Positions 1 through 11,144 of a stretch of 64,000 bases of DNA are shown here, piece after piece. The notes under the pieces are model-generated. The model was not told the origin of the DNA, made no database searches, and was given only the letters and a program-made list of their open reading frames with translations. Position 1 is the stretch's first letter, and every line of letters starts with the position of its first letter. A program made the position numbers and the translations under genes. Source of the DNA: Myxococcaceae bacterium JPH2 (GTDB lineage: Bacteria; Myxococcota; Myxococcia; Myxococcales; Myxococcaceae); contig JAEMGR010000010.1 of the NCBI GenBank assembly GCA_016458225.1, positions 59,969-123,968 of the forward strand, given 5' to 3'.

Positions 1-320
1 CCGGGCGGCATCCCGCGAAGCACTCGCCAGCGCCAGCGCGAAGGAAGCGCATGCAGGCACGGCCGAACCAGCAGGCCCTCCCTCTCGACACCCACCAGGC
101 CGGCACCGGGCCCTGCGAGGCCCAACGCGGGCGAGACAGGCGGCTACACGGCGCGAGGCCGCGACCCGTCGAGCGTCGTCAAGCAAGCCTCCCTGGGTCG
201 GACGACCTCTCATCAGCGCGACCCGCACAGGATGCGAGCGGCCTCGCTGGCGCCTCGTGCCCCCAAAAGGTGAAGGCCCTGGAGTCACCGGCTTTGACAC
301 CGGAACTCCAGGGCCTTCGA

Positions 321-397
<77 letters not shown>

Positions 398-480
398 GCG
401 TTGCCGTCGTGAAACGGTGCGCCCTTATGCCCCTACACGACGACGAGGTCAAGCAAGAGCAGCGGGCACCGTGTGAAAAC

Positions 481-867
481 TCAATCCTCCCCCTCGTCCA
501 TGCCCTCGTCGAAGTCCTCGCCACGCGCCTCGGCCGCATCCAACGCAGCCTCCTCGCGCGCGTCGATCTCCGCGTGATCCTCGGGCGGAGCCTCGCCGTT
601 CAGCGCGCTCTTCAACACCTGGCTCGGCCGAAAGGTCAGTACGCGACGGGCGGAGATCTCGATCTCCTTGCCCGTCTGCGGATTGCGGCCCACCCGCGCC
701 TTCTTCTGGCGCACCTGGAAGTTTCCGAACCCGGAGATCTTGATCTTGTCCCCGCGCTCCAACGTCTCCTTCAAGGTGTCGAACACGAGTTCCACGATCT
801 CCGCCGACTCCTTCTTGGAGAAGCCGACCTTCTCGTAGACCCCCTCGATGATGTCCGCCTTCGTCAT
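481..867 (-). CDS. ihfA: Integration host factor subunit alpha (IHF-alpha/HU family) with an acidic C-terminal tail
   Basis: Translation MTKADIIEGVYEKVGFSKKESAEIVELVFDTLKETLERGDKIKISGFGNFQVRQKKARVGRNPQTGKEIEISARRVLTFRPSQVLK is canonical IHF-alpha. An Asp/Glu-rich extension follows. It sits directly downstream of pheT as in many bacteria. The track ORF (to 942) is N-terminally over-extended; start taken at the MTKAD Met. Confidence 0.85.
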   Translation of the reverse strand: MTKADIIEGVYEKVGFSKKESAEIVELVFDTLKETLERGDKIKISGFGNFQVRQKKARVGRNPQTGKEIEISARRVLTFRPSQVLKSALNGEAPPEDHAEIDAREEAALDAAEARGEDFDEGMDEGED

Positions 868-964
868 GCGAGCCCCTCTGGCACCCTTCCGCGCGGTGAA
901 ACGCGGGGGACGATGCTGGCAGCCTTCCAGGAGGCGTGTCAACCTCCTGACTTCATTCAGGAAT

Positions 965-3379
965 TCAGGCTCGCAGCGCGGCCCCCAGCCGCTGGTTCAC
1001 CTCGGTGATGATCCGCTGGTGCGCCGTGGTGACCTCCACGTCCGTGAGCGTGCGCTCCGGTGAGCGGTAGCGCAGCGCGTACGCGAGGTTCTTCTTCCCC
1101 TCGGGGATGGGCTTGCCCGTGTACACGTCGAACACGAGCGCGTCCTCCACCAGCGGCGCCCCCACTTCCAGGATGACCCGGCGAACCTCCTCGTTCGCCA
1201 GCTCCACCGGGACCACCACCGCGAGATCTCGCAGCACCGCCGGGTACTTCGGCAAGGGCTGGCTCTCGGCCACCAGACGCGACGCCGCGTACAGCGGCTC
1301 CGTGTCCAGCTCGAACACGAGCACGCCCTCGGGCAGCCCCAGCGCCTTCGTCACGCGGGGATGAACCTCGCCCACGTGCCCCAGCACCGTCCCGTCCGCG
1401 AGCGCCACCTGGGCACACGTGCGCGGGTGGTATGCCGGCCGCTCGGCGGACGAGAAGGTCGCGCCCGTGACGTGCAGCTCGTGGAGCAGCGCCTCCACGG
1501 CGCCCTTGGCGTCGTAGAAGTCCATCCGCGCGTCCTTCTGCGTCCAGCTCCGTCCCCCGCCGCGGAGGCCCCAGAGCAGGCCCGCCACACGCGGCACCTC
1601 GCGCGCGGCCGGGCGCATCCCCTGCCCGCCCTGCGCGTCGCGGTAGTAGGCCCGCCCCGTCTCGTACAGGGCCACCGACTCCACCTGGTGGCGCACGCTG
1701 CGCGAGAGGTTCTCCAGCAGGCCCGGCAGCAGGCTCGTCCGCATCACCGACTGCTCGACGCTGAGCGGATTCACCAGGGCGATCGGCGCGTCCTTCGCCC
1801 CGAGAACCTCCAGGCTCTTTGGCGCGACGAACGAGTAGTTCACCACCTCGTTCAGCCCCGCGCCGCTCAGCGCATGGCGCAGGCGCCGCTCGGCCTCCGC
1901 GGAGGCAGGCTCGGGCACCAGCGTGTCCAGGCCACGCGGCAGGCGGGCCGGGATGTTGTCGTAGCCGAAGACGCGAGCAACCTCCTCCATGAGGTCCTCC
2001 TCGCGCTCCACGTCCACGCGCGCCCGAGGCACGTCATACGTCGTCTGCCCCTCGCCCTCCTCCACGGCCTTGAACCCCAGCGCGCCGAGGATGCGCCGGC
2101 ACTCGGCCTCCGCCACCGCCACACCGAGCACGCGCTCCACGCGGCCATAGCGCAGCGTCACGCGACGCGCGGGCTTGGGCTCGGGATAGACGTCCACCCG
2201 CCCCGGCGCCACCGTGCCACCCGACAGCTCCGCGATGAGCTGCGCGGCCCGATCCACCGCGGGGATGACGGCATCCAGGTCCGTGCCTCGCTCGAACCGG
2301 TGCGACGCCTCGGTGTGCAGCGCGTGCCGCTTCGCCGTGCGCCGCACGCTGGAGCCCACGAAGTGCGCCGACTCCAGCACGATGCGCGTCGTGCCCTGCG
2401 ACACCTCGCTGTCCCCGCCTCCCATCACGCCCGCGATGGCCTGCGGCCGGTCGCGATCGCAGATGAGCAAGTCATCCGGATCCAGCGCGCGCTCCCTGCC
2501 ATCGAGCGTGTGCATCTTCTCGCCGCGCCCTGCCGTACGCACGACGATCTCCGGGCCCGCCAGCTTGTCCAGGTCGAACGCGTGCAGCGGCTGCCCGTAC
2601 TCGAGGAGCACGTAGTTGGTGACGTCCACCACGTTGTTGATGGCGCGCACGCCGCACGACTTCAGCCGCTCCTGCATCCACGCCGGAGACGGGCGAATGG
2701 TGACGTTCTCCACCACGCGCGCCGCATAGCGCGTGCAGCGGGTCGCGTCCTCGATGCGCACCTTCACGCGCTCGGAGGCCGGAGCACCGGACTCGGCCAG
2801 CTTCGGCTGAGGCAGCTTCAGCGCGGCGCCCGTCACCACGCCGACCTCACGCGCCACGCCCAGGTGGCTCAGCGCGTCCGGTCGGTTCGGCGTGACGTTC
2901 ACCTCCAGCACCGAGTCATCCAGCCCCAGCGCCTCGGCCACCGGCGCGCCCAGCTTCGCGTCCGGCGCGAGGATGAGCAGCCCCGAGGAGTCCTCGGTGA
3001 GGCCCAGCTCCTTCGCCGAGCACAGCATGCCGAAGCTCTCCACGCCTCGGAGCGCGGCCTGCTTGATCTCCATCCCGTTGGGCAGCTTCGCTCCCGCCGT
3101 CGCCAGCGGAACGCGGTCGCCCACTTTGTAGTTCTTCGCGCCGCACACCACTTGGAGCATCGCGGAGCCGCCGATGTCCACCTGGGTGACGGACAGCTTG
3201 TCCGCGTTGGGGTGCTGCACGGACTCGCGGATCTGCGCCACCACCACGCCGCGCAGTCCCTCGCCCGGGCGCTCCACGCCCTCGATCTCCAGCCCCGCCG
3301 CGGTCAGCTTGCGCGCCAGCTCGTCCACCGACGGCGGCAGCGCCACGTAATCGCCGAGCCACTTCACCGAAATCTTCAC
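965..3379 (-). CDS. pheT: Phenylalanine--tRNA ligase beta subunit
   Basis: 804-aa ORF with a GTG start (MKISVKWLGDYV...). It shows PheT hallmarks: tRNA-binding, B3/B4, B5 and FDX-ACB domains. It follows pheS with a 30-nt gap. Confidence 0.93.
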   Translation of the reverse strand: MKISVKWLGDYVALPPSVDELARKLTAAGLEIEGVERPGEGLRGVVVAQIRESVQHPNADKLSVTQVDIGGSAMLQVVCGAKNYKVGDRVPLATAGAKLPNGMEIKQAALRGVESFGMLCSAKELGLTEDSSGLLILAPDAKLGAPVAEALGLDDSVLEVNVTPNRPDALSHLGVAREVGVVTGAALKLPQPKLAESGAPASERVKVRIEDATRCTRYAARVVENVTIRPSPAWMQERLKSCGVRAINNVVDVTNYVLLEYGQPLHAFDLDKLAGPEIVVRTAGRGEKMHTLDGRERALDPDDLLICDRDRPQAIAGVMGGGDSEVSQGTTRIVLESAHFVGSSVRRTAKRHALHTEASHRFERGTDLDAVIPAVDRAAQLIAELSGGTVAPGRVDVYPEPKPARRVTLRYGRVERVLGVAVAEAECRRILGALGFKAVEEGEGQTTYDVPRARVDVEREEDLMEEVARVFGYDNIPARLPRGLDTLVPEPASAEAERRLRHALSGAGLNEVVNYSFVAPKSLEVLGAKDAPIALVNPLSVEQSVMRTSLLPGLLENLSRSVRHQVESVALYETGRAYYRDAQGGQGMRPAAREVPRVAGLLWGLRGGGRSWTQKDARMDFYDAKGAVEALLHELHVTGATFSSAERPAYHPRTCAQVALADGTVLGHVGEVHPRVTKALGLPEGVLVFELDTEPLYAASRLVAESQPLPKYPAVLRDLAVVVPVELANEEVRRVILEVGAPLVEDALVFDVYTGKPIPEGKKNLAYALRYRSPERTLTDVEVTTAHQRIITEVNQRLGAALRA

Positions 3380-3409
3380 AGGTCCACCTTCTTGCTCACC
3401 AGGCTGGAA

Positions 3410-4459
3410 TCAGAACTGCTCGAGGAAGCGCGCGTCGTTCTCGAACATCATCCGCAGGTCGTCGATGCGGTAGCGCAGCATCGCGATGCGCTCCACGCCC
3501 ATGCCGAACGCGTAGCCCGTCACCTCGCCCGGGTCATAGCCCGCCGCGGTGAACACGTTGGGATGCACCATCCCGCTCCCCAGGACCTCCAGCCACCCCG
3601 TCTGCTTGCAGATGCGGCAGCCCTTGCCGCCGCACGACGTGCAGGAGATGTCCACCTCGGCCGACGGCTCGGTGAACGGGAAGAACGAGGGACGGAAGCG
3701 CGTGCGCGTGTCCGCGCCGAAGAACGCGCGCACGAACGCGGCCAGCGTGCCCTTCAGCTCCGCGAAGCTCACGTCCTTGTCCACCAGCAGGCCTTCCACC
3801 TGGTGGAACATCGGCGTGTGCGTGATGTCCGAGTCGCGGCGGTACACGCGCCCCGGCATCACCGCACGCACCGGCGGCTTCTTCGCCAGCATGTGCCGCA
3901 CCTGGACCGGCGACGTATGGGTGCGCAGCAGCGACGGGCTGTCCGCCTTGCGCGCGTGCCCCAGCGTGGACTCGTCCACGTAGAACGTGTCCTGCATGTC
4001 CCGCGCGGGGTGATCCTTGGGCAGGTTCAGCGCCTCGAAGTTGAAGTAGTCCAGCTCGATCTCCGGACCCACCGCCACCTCGAACCCCAGCCGCGCGAAC
4101 GTCCGGACAATGTCCTCCATCGTCCGCGACACCGGGTGCCGACTCCCCGGCGCCACGCCGCGCCCAGGCAACGTCACGTCCAGCTTCGGGCCCTTGAGCT
4201 GCGCCTCCAGCGCGGCCTCCTCGGCCCGGCGCGTGGCGTCCGCCAGGAGCTGCTCCAGCTCCGCCTTCACGCTGTTGGCAATCTCGCCCAGCGCTCTGCG
4301 CTCATCGGGAGGCAGCTTGCCCATCCCGCCCAGGACACTGGACAGCTCACCCTTCTTGCCCAGGTAGCGAATCCGCAGCGCTTCCACCGCGGGCAGCTCC
4401 GAGGCGCCGGCAATCTCCTGCCGGGCCGCGTCCGCCAGCGCCTGCAACCGGTCTCGCAT
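3410..4459 (-). CDS. pheS: Phenylalanine--tRNA ligase alpha subunit
   Basis: 349-aa ORF. The class II aaRS core (…[22 protein letters not shown]…[15 protein letters not shown]…[14 protein letters not shown]) is typical of PheS. Confidence 0.93.
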   Translation of the reverse strand: MRDRLQALADAARQEIAGASELPAVEALRIRYLGKKGELSSVLGGMGKLPPDERRALGEIANSVKAELEQLLADATRRAEEAALEAQLKGPKLDVTLPGRGVAPGSRHPVSRTMEDIVRTFARLGFEVAVGPEIELDYFNFEALNLPKDHPARDMQDTFYVDESTLGHARKADSPSLLRTHTSPVQVRHMLAKKPPVRAVMPGRVYRRDSDITHTPMFHQVEGLLVDKDVSFAELKGTLAAFVRAFFGADTRTRFRPSFFPFTEPSAEVDISCTSCGGKGCRICKQTGWLEVLGSGMVHPNVFTAAGYDPGEVTGYAFGMGVERIAMLRYRIDDLRMMFENDARFLEQF

Positions 4460-4504
4460 GGTCCTCTTCCGCCTTCCGTTTCACACTCCGTGCGCCCCAA
4501 GGCG

Positions 4505-4550
4505 ACGGGCAAAAAAAAGGGCCGCCCCGTCACCGGAGGCAGCCCGTTTC
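4505..4550 (-). terminator. GC-rich hairpin followed by a U8 tract in the rplT-pheS intergenic region (rho-independent terminator/attenuator candidate)
   Basis: Minus-strand transcript reads ...GGGCTGCCTCCGGTGACGGGGCGGCCC-TTTTTTTT-GCC (plus strand shows the A8 run near 4511-4518). It lies between the rplT stop (4618) and the pheS start (4459), where enterobacteria have the pheM leader/attenuator. Boundaries approximate. Confidence 0.6.
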
Positions 4551-4617
4551 GTCCAGCGGGGCGACCTTCCGGCCACCCTCGCGTGTTCTGGTCGCCGGCT
4601 TTCGAGCCGGACGTGTA

Positions 4618-4965
4618 TCAGGCCGCCTTCGCGATGTTGGCGACGGCCGCAAAGCCCGCGGGATCCGCGATGGCCATGTCGGACAGGACCTTGCGGTCCA
4701 GCGCGACCTGCGCCTTGGCGAGCCCGGCGATCAGCTTCGAGTAGGACATGCCCACGGTACGGGCCGCCGCGTTGATGCGAACGATCCACAGCGAGCGGAA
4801 GTTCCGCTTGCGGGCCGCACGGTCACGAGCAGCGTAGTCCAGAGCGCGCTCGACCGCCTGGTTGGCGCGCTTGTAGCAGTTCTTCCGGCGGCCGCGGTAA
4901 CCCTTGGCCAGCTTCAGAATCCGATTACGACGGCGACGAGCCTTGAAACCCTTCTTGACGCGCAT
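4618..4965 (-). CDS. rplT: 50S ribosomal protein L20
   Basis: [82 protein letters not shown]... is canonical L20. Confidence 0.95.
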   Translation of the reverse strand: MRVKKGFKARRRRNRILKLAKGYRGRRKNCYKRANQAVERALDYAARDRAARKRNFRSLWIVRINAAARTVGMSYSKLIAGLAKAQVALDRKVLSDMAIADPAGFAAVANIAKAA

Positions 4966-5053
4966 GACACACTCCTGACTGCTTCAGTGGCGGTCCCGGG
5001 CGCCGGCTTCTCGCCGCTCCTCCAGGACTCACGGATGATCCAGGCCCGACTGC

Positions 5054-5260
5054 TCAGGCCCCGTAGGGGAACAGCTCCTTGATGACCTTCTTCGCGTCCA
5101 TGTCGCGCAGGTGGCTGGTGCCACGGTTGCCGCGCTTCGACTTGGGCGTCTTGGAGAAGGTGAACAGGTGCTTGCTGAAGGCCTTACCAAACTTGACCTT
5201 GCCGCCCTTCTTCACCTGGAAGCGCTTCTTCGCGCTGCTACGGGTCTTCAACTTGGGCAT
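5054..5260 (-). CDS. rpmI: 50S ribosomal protein L35
   Basis: MPKLKTRSSAKKRFQVKKGGKVKFGKAFSKHLFTFSKTPKSKRGNRGTSHLRDMDAKKVIKELFPYGA is canonical L35. The track ORF begins 7 codons upstream; start set at MPKLKT. Confidence 0.9.
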   Translation of the reverse strand: MPKLKTRSSAKKRFQVKKGGKVKFGKAFSKHLFTFSKTPKSKRGNRGTSHLRDMDAKKVIKELFPYGA

Positions 5261-5355
5261 TGTCCCAATCCTTCCTTCCACTCAGTAAGCCGTCGGCATC
5301 GCGGCGTCCGGCATGTTGCGCCTAAGGCTTCAGCCGCAGCCGACAGCCTGTATCA

Positions 5356-6081
<726 letters not shown>

Positions 6082-6205
6082 GTGAACATCCTCCGAAATC
6101 GGGAGGTTGGGCCTGCCTCCCCCCCTCGAAAGTGCGCCAACATACTTAGGTGCGACAGGGAGTCAAGGCCCTACAGCAGGGGTCTCGACGGATCTGCCGC
6201 CCGCT

Positions 6206-8140
6206 TTACGGGAGGGCGCCCTCCTTGGCCAGGACCGCCTCGAAGTCCGCGAGCTTCATGCTCTTGAGGTCCTCTCCGCCATAGCGGCGCGGGGCCACGC
6301 CGCCCGCTTCGACCTCGGCGTCACCCACCACCAGGGTGAACGGAACCTTCTGGATCTGCGCCTCGCGAATCTTCGCGTTGAGCGTCATCCCGCGCTCATC
6401 CACCTCGACGCGGTAGCCCTTGGCCCGGAGGTCGTCGCGGACCTTCCGCGCGTAGTCGAGCTGGCGGTCCGCCACGGTGACGAGCACCGCCTGGATCGGC
6501 GCCAGCCACGCCGGGAACGCACCGGCGAAGTGCTCGATGAGGATGGCCGTGAAGCGCTCGAACGAGCCGAAGATCGCCCGGTGCAGAACCACCGGCCGGT
6601 GCTCGGCGTTGTCCTCGCCGATGTAGTTCAGGTCGAAGCGCTGCGGCGCCAGGTAGTCCAGTTGCATGGTACCCAGCTGCCAGCGGCGGCCGATGCTGTC
6701 AGACACCGTGAAGTCGATCTTCGGGCCATAGAAGGCGCCATCGCCCGGAGCCAGCTCGTACGCCAGGCCCAGCGACTCCAGCGCCGTCTTCAGGCCGCCC
6801 TCGGCGCGATCCCAGAGCGAGTCATCCCCGAGGCGCTGCTCGGGACGCGTGGACAGCTTCACCGCATAGGTGAGCCCGACCGCCTTGTAGACGCGGTCCA
6901 GCAACTTCACGAAGCGCCGCACCTCGTCGGTGATCTGGCTCTCCATGCAGTAGATGTGGGCGTCGTCCTGCGCGAACTGGCGCACGCGGGTGAGGCCGCC
7001 GAGCGAACCCGCCGCCTCGTTCCGGTGCAGCACATCCTGCGTGTGGAGCCGCAGGGGCAGGTCGCGATAGCTGTGCCGCTTGAAGCCGAAGTACAGGTGA
7101 TGCGACGGGCAGTTCATCGGCTTGAGCGAGAAGTCGTGCTCCCCCGTCTCGTTGTCGAGCACGAGGAACATGTTCTCCTTGTACTTGCCCCAGTGGCCGC
7201 TGGTCTCCCAGAGCCCCTTGTTGAACATCAGGGGCGTCTTGATCTCCACGTAGCCATCGCCCGCCGTCAGGCCGCGCATCCAGTCGGAGAGCGTCTGGTA
7301 GAGCGCGGTGCCCTTCGGGGTCCAGAAGGCGGCGCCAGGCGCGTACGGGTGGAAGTGGAAGAGATCCAGCTCCTTGCCCAGCTTGCGGTGGTCGCGCTTC
7401 TTCGACTCCTCGATGCGCGTCACGTACTCCTGCAGCGCCTTCTTGTCGAAGAAGGCCGTGCCGTAGATGCGCTGGAGCATCGGGTTGCGGTGGTCGCCGC
7501 GCCAGTACGCGCCGCTGGAGGAGAGGATCTTGATGACGCCGATCTTCCCGGTGCTCGGAGCGTGGGGCCCCAGGCAGAAGTCCACCCAGTCGCCGTGGGT
7601 GTAGAGCGTGAGCGTCTTGGCGCCCTTCGCGGCGATGTCCTTGACGATCTCGACCTTGAAGGTCTCGCCCTTCTGCTCGAAGAGGCGAACGGCGTCCTCC
7701 ATGGAGATCTCGGTGCGGACAAACGCCTCGTCCTTCTTCAGGAGCGCGTTCGCCTCGGCCTCGATCTTCTCCAGGTCCTCCGGCGTGAAGGGCTTCTCGC
7801 GGAAGAAGTCGTAGTAGAAGCCCTCCTCCGTCGACGGGCCGATGGTGACCTGCGTCCCGGGGAAGAGGCGCTGCACGGCGCTGGCCACCACGTGGGCCGC
7901 GTCATGGCGGATGAGGTCCAGACCCTCGGGGCTCTTGGAGGTGAAGATCTGGAGCTTCACGTCCTCGGTGAGCGGGCGGGACATGTCCATGTCCTGACCG
8001 TTTGCCCGCGCGAAGAGCGCGGCCTTGGCCAACCCGGCCCCGATGCCCTCCCGCACGAAATCGCCGATGGTGGTTCCCCGGGCCGTCTGCTTCTGGCTGC
8101 CGTCGGGGAGCGTCACCGTGATCATTTCGGACATGAGCAA
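6206..8140 (-). CDS. thrS: Threonine--tRNA ligase
   Basis: 644 aa: a TGS domain ([12 protein letters not shown]...), a second additional domain, a class II catalytic core and a C-terminal anticodon-binding domain. The start may be one of three near-N-terminal Met codons (8140/8134/8125). Confidence 0.93.
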   Translation of the reverse strand: MLMSEMITVTLPDGSQKQTARGTTIGDFVREGIGAGLAKAALFARANGQDMDMSRPLTEDVKLQIFTSKSPEGLDLIRHDAAHVVASAVQRLFPGTQVTIGPSTEEGFYYDFFREKPFTPEDLEKIEAEANALLKKDEAFVRTEISMEDAVRLFEQKGETFKVEIVKDIAAKGAKTLTLYTHGDWVDFCLGPHAPSTGKIGVIKILSSSGAYWRGDHRNPMLQRIYGTAFFDKKALQEYVTRIEESKKRDHRKLGKELDLFHFHPYAPGAAFWTPKGTALYQTLSDWMRGLTAGDGYVEIKTPLMFNKGLWETSGHWGKYKENMFLVLDNETGEHDFSLKPMNCPSHHLYFGFKRHSYRDLPLRLHTQDVLHRNEAAGSLGGLTRVRQFAQDDAHIYCMESQITDEVRRFVKLLDRVYKAVGLTYAVKLSTRPEQRLGDDSLWDRAEGGLKTALESLGLAYELAPGDGAFYGPKIDFTVSDSIGRRWQLGTMQLDYLAPQRFDLNYIGEDNAEHRPVVLHRAIFGSFERFTAILIEHFAGAFPAWLAPIQAVLVTVADRQLDYARKVRDDLRAKGYRVEVDERGMTLNAKIREAQIQKVPFTLVVGDAEVEAGGVAPRRYGGEDLKSMKLADFEAVLAKEGALP

Positions 8141-8210
8141 GACCTCGGAAATGCCGCGGGCGGCAGGCTTGTGGAAGCCATGCCGCCCGCTGTTTAAACG
8201 CTTACTGTGT

Positions 8211-8282
<72 letters not shown>

Positions 8283-8295
8283 GTCGTGCTGAGGT

Positions 8296-8331
8296 GCGCG
8301 GGGAATAGCAGTGGGCTCCCTCACCTGTCAA
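8296..8331 (-). promoter_or_regulatory. Candidate sigma70-type promoter for tRNA-Val(-thrS)
   Basis: Minus strand reads TTGACA (plus 8326-8331), a 17-nt spacer, CTATTC (plus 8303-8308), about 20 nt before the tRNA 5' end. Sequence-only prediction. Confidence 0.4.
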
Positions 8332-8383
8332 GAGAACACCGACACATGCCTGCACTCTTCTTTCGGCGCGCTCCAAACCGGCC

Positions 8384-9070
8384 TCACGCCCCGCTCGCCA
8401 GCAAGGTGTGAACGCGGGCCATCACTGCGTCGAACATGGCTGGGGTGAGCCGGCCGGTCTGCGTGTTCTGCTGGCTGACGTGGTAGCAGCCCACCAGCGT
8501 TCGCCCGCCCGGCAGGGGCAGCTCGGCGCCATGGCCGAACGCTGGTCGCGGCGAGGGAATCACGACGCCGGTCCGAGCCAACGCCACCAGCGCGGCGTTC
8601 CAGCCAATGGCCCCCAGCGCGAGCAGCACCCGAGCGGGCAGCAGCGCCAGCTCCCGGTCCATGAAGGGGGCACAGCGGGCCAGCTCCTCCGGCTCGGGCT
8701 TGTTGTCCGGGGGCGCACACCGCCCCGCCGCGACGATGAACGCGTCCTTCAGGCGGAGCCCGTCGTCGCGATGCTCGCTCGTCGGCTGGTTCGCGAAGCC
8801 CGCGCGGTGAAGTCCCGCGAAGAGGAAGTCCCCGGAGCGGTCGCCCGTGAACATCCGCCCTGTCCGGTTCGCCCCATGAGCGGCTGGCGCCAACCCCACC
8901 AGGACGAGCCGAGCCCGCGGATCACCAAACCCCGGCACGGGGCGGCCCCAGTAGGTCCAATCCCGGTAGGCCCGTCGCTTCACCCGGGCCACTTCCTCGC
9001 GCCACTCCACGAGGCGAGGGCAGGCACGGCACTCCACGATGTCCTGATGCAGCCGCTCCCACTTCGTCAC
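8384..9070 (-). CDS. Uracil-DNA glycosylase, family 4 (4Fe-4S type)
   Basis: 228 aa with a GTG start. It carries the N-terminal Cys motif ([14 protein letters not shown]...), [37 protein letters not shown], and a conserved C-terminal [14 protein letters not shown]. The GTG overlaps the upstream gene's TGA (GTGA). Confidence 0.85.
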   Translation of the reverse strand: MTKWERLHQDIVECRACPRLVEWREEVARVKRRAYRDWTYWGRPVPGFGDPRARLVLVGLAPAAHGANRTGRMFTGDRSGDFLFAGLHRAGFANQPTSEHRDDGLRLKDAFIVAAGRCAPPDNKPEPEELARCAPFMDRELALLPARVLLALGAIGWNAALVALARTGVVIPSPRPAFGHGAELPLPGGRTLVGCYHVSQQNTQTGRLTPAMFDAVMARVHTLLASGA

Positions 9071-9894
9071 TGCGCGCCTCCACGCACCGCGGCCTCCAGC
9101 CGCTCCACCCAGGCCCGAGCCATCGCCAGCGACTTCGCGTCGTCACCGACCTCCAGCTCCAGCTCGGCTCCGGGCGTCAGGCTGAACAGCGCGACCAGGG
9201 CCTCCTCATCCGGGGGCCCCTGGACACGCACCCGCCTGCCCAGCGCCCAGCGCCGCGGCGGTCTCACGGTGCCCTGCCCTTCCATCCAGGCCACCCGGGC
9301 CCAGGATCCACGAAGCCCCTGCCACCACTCCACGGGGGCTGTGGAGGACTCAGCGGCTGGAGGCTCGGGCGGATTCGGCGTGGCTTCGGAGGGCTCCTTC
9401 GACGCGACCTGGGAGAGATCCACCACCTTCATCCCTGGGAGCCAGACGAGTTCTCCCCAGGCCGCCAGCGTCGCTTCGTCGCGGGTGCGGGGCATCCAGG
9501 TCACCCGCCTCGGCCGCAGCGCGGCGATCCGCGTGGCCTGATCCGTCTCCAGGCTTCCCCGGATGTCCACGGCCACCGGGCGCGGACCGAGCCGATACCA
9601 ATCCCCCGAGACCATCGCCGCGTCCAGCCACACTCCTACCCGAGGCGCGTGGCGGAACTGCTGGACCTGGGCATCTCGCAGTGGAGGACGCAGCTCGACG
9701 TAGGCCTCGGGGAAGCGCGCCACGGCATCCATCGTCGAATCCCGCAGCATGTTCGAGTGCGTGCGCAGCCACAGCACGGTTCCGCTGGCGGCCAGACTCC
9801 GCAGTTGCTCGGGATCCACTGACTCGTTGACGCGCAGGTGCAGACGGTATCCGGACAACGCCAGGGTCCGAGGCCCCGGAGACTGCGCGAGCAT
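9067..9894 (-). CDS. Hypothetical protein (~276 aa), translationally coupled to the UDG gene
   Basis: The track ORF (to 10197) overlaps the AI-2E gene in another frame for its first ~100 codons, which look like low-complexity artefact. A plausible start is the Met of MLAQSPGPRTLALSG at 9894, just after the AI-2E stop (9921). I recognise no family. Confidence 0.45.
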   Translation of the reverse strand: MLAQSPGPRTLALSGYRLHLRVNESVDPEQLRSLAASGTVLWLRTHSNMLRDSTMDAVARFPEAYVELRPPLRDAQVQQFRHAPRVGVWLDAAMVSGDWYRLGPRPVAVDIRGSLETDQATRIAALRPRRVTWMPRTRDEATLAAWGELVWLPGMKVVDLSQVASKEPSEATPNPPEPPAAESSTAPVEWWQGLRGSWARVAWMEGQGTVRPPRRWALGRRVRVQGPPDEEALVALFSLTPGAELELEVGDDAKSLAMARAWVERLEAAVRGGAQ

Positions 9895-9920
9895 CGCCGC
9901 CACCACCAGCGCCGCGGGCG

Positions 9921-11033
9921 TCACGGGCCTCGCGCCTCGCCCAGATACAGCGCCGTGCGGCGATAGCGCTGAATGACCACGCGCAGCACCACCTTCAGGA
10001 TGGCACTGGCGGGCACCGCGAGGAGGATGCCCACGAAGCCGAACAGCTCTCCGAAGGCGAGCACCGCGATGATGACCGCCACCGGGGCCAGCCCCACCTT
10101 CTCGCCCACCACGCGCGGCGTGATGACGAGCCCTTCGGCAGCCTGCGCGACGATGAACGTGGCAGCCACCACGGCGAACTGCCACGGGCCTTGCCACGAC
10201 AACAGGACGCCCAGCAACGACAGCACCACTCCGATGCCCGTCCCCAGGTACGGCACCATGTTGCCGAAGCCCGCGAGCACGCCGATCACGATGGCCAGGT
10301 CAATGCGGGCCACCGACAGCCCCGACACGTACAGCACCGACAGGATGGCTCCAACCGTGAGCTGGCCTCGCACGAACGCGGACAGCACCTCATCCACTTC
10401 GCGGAATCGGCCACTCACGAGCGTCACGGCTCGACGGGGCAGCAGCGCCTGCACGCGTTCGACGAGCGCGGGGTAGTCCTTGAGGAAGAAGAACGCGAGC
10501 ACCGGCACCACCGCCAACCCCAGCAGCGTGGCCACGAAGCGCGCTGTGTTGCCCGCGAAGCTCGCGACCAATCGCGCCGCGGTGGGGCCCGCGCTCTGGA
10601 GCAGCTCGGAGGCCTTCTCGCCCATCTCCGCCGCGCGACGGCTCACCAGTTCGGGCAGGGAGACACCGAGGAGCGCCTCGATTCGCGGCACGACCTCGGT
10701 GCTCGCGCGCTGGAAGAACTCTGGCAGCTTCGCCGCCTCGTCGCGGAACACCGGCACGAGGTAGAGCATCGCGCCCACCCACACGAGCAGGCCCGCGACG
10801 AAGACACATGTGGTCCCCAGCGCTCGCCGCATCCCTCGTCGCTCGAGCGCCGTCACGAGCGGGTTCAGGGCATACGCGCCCGTCAGCGCGAGCAACACCG
10901 GCACCGCCACGCCCCCGAAGACGGACAACAGCGCGAACACCCAACCCAACGAGCCCACCATCACCGCGGACCAGATGAAGTCGATGCGACGTCCCTCGGC
11001 TTCAGGCAAGGACTCCGACTCCACGAGGTGCAA
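9921..11033 (-). CDS. AI-2E family transporter (PerM/YhhT-like permease)
   Basis: 370 aa, polytopic membrane protein with the typical AI-2E layout (…LNPLVTALERRGMRRALGTTCVF…; C-terminal GELFGFVGILLAVPASAIL). Confidence 0.8.
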   Translation of the reverse strand: MHLVESESLPEAEGRRIDFIWSAVMVGSLGWVFALLSVFGGVAVPVLLALTGAYALNPLVTALERRGMRRALGTTCVFVAGLLVWVGAMLYLVPVFRDEAAKLPEFFQRASTEVVPRIEALLGVSLPELVSRRAAEMGEKASELLQSAGPTAARLVASFAGNTARFVATLLGLAVVPVLAFFFLKDYPALVERVQALLPRRAVTLVSGRFREVDEVLSAFVRGQLTVGAILSVLYVSGLSVARIDLAIVIGVLAGFGNMVPYLGTGIGVVLSLLGVLLSWQGPWQFAVVAATFIVAQAAEGLVITPRVVGEKVGLAPVAVIIAVLAFGELFGFVGILLAVPASAILKVVLRVVIQRYRRTALYLGEARGP

Positions 11034-11144
11034 GTGTGGCTCGGGGGCGGGAGCGGGCTTGGGCTCTACCCGAGGATTGCTCGCGCGGCCACGACCTTGG
11101 ATGCGACGTGCGATGACGTTCTCCTCCCGAAGCTACGGCTGGGG

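Noticed and set aside
4509-4520. A8/T8 homopolymer as programmed frameshift or slippery site
   Set aside because: It lies in an intergenic region immediately after a GC hairpin. It is far better explained as the U-tract of an intrinsic terminator.
1361-4744. 1127-aa plus-strand ORF spanning pheT/pheS (and similar giant ORFs at 6107..8197, 15830..18199, 18608..20272, 26872..31119, 31149..34139, 35482..37242, 37562..39685, 46112..47953)
   Set aside because: They are antisense or alternate-frame to clearly recognisable genes (PheT/PheS, ThrS, the peptidases, the ATPase, flotillin and others). Their translations are Arg/Gly/Ala/His-rich low-complexity sequence, typical of stop-codon depletion in ~69% GC DNA. 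No domain-like segments.
9067-10197. Full 376-aa track ORF as a single protein
   Set aside because: Its first ~100 codons overlap the 3' end of the AI-2E transporter gene in another frame and are Arg/Gly-rich noise. It was trimmed to the Met after the transporter stop.
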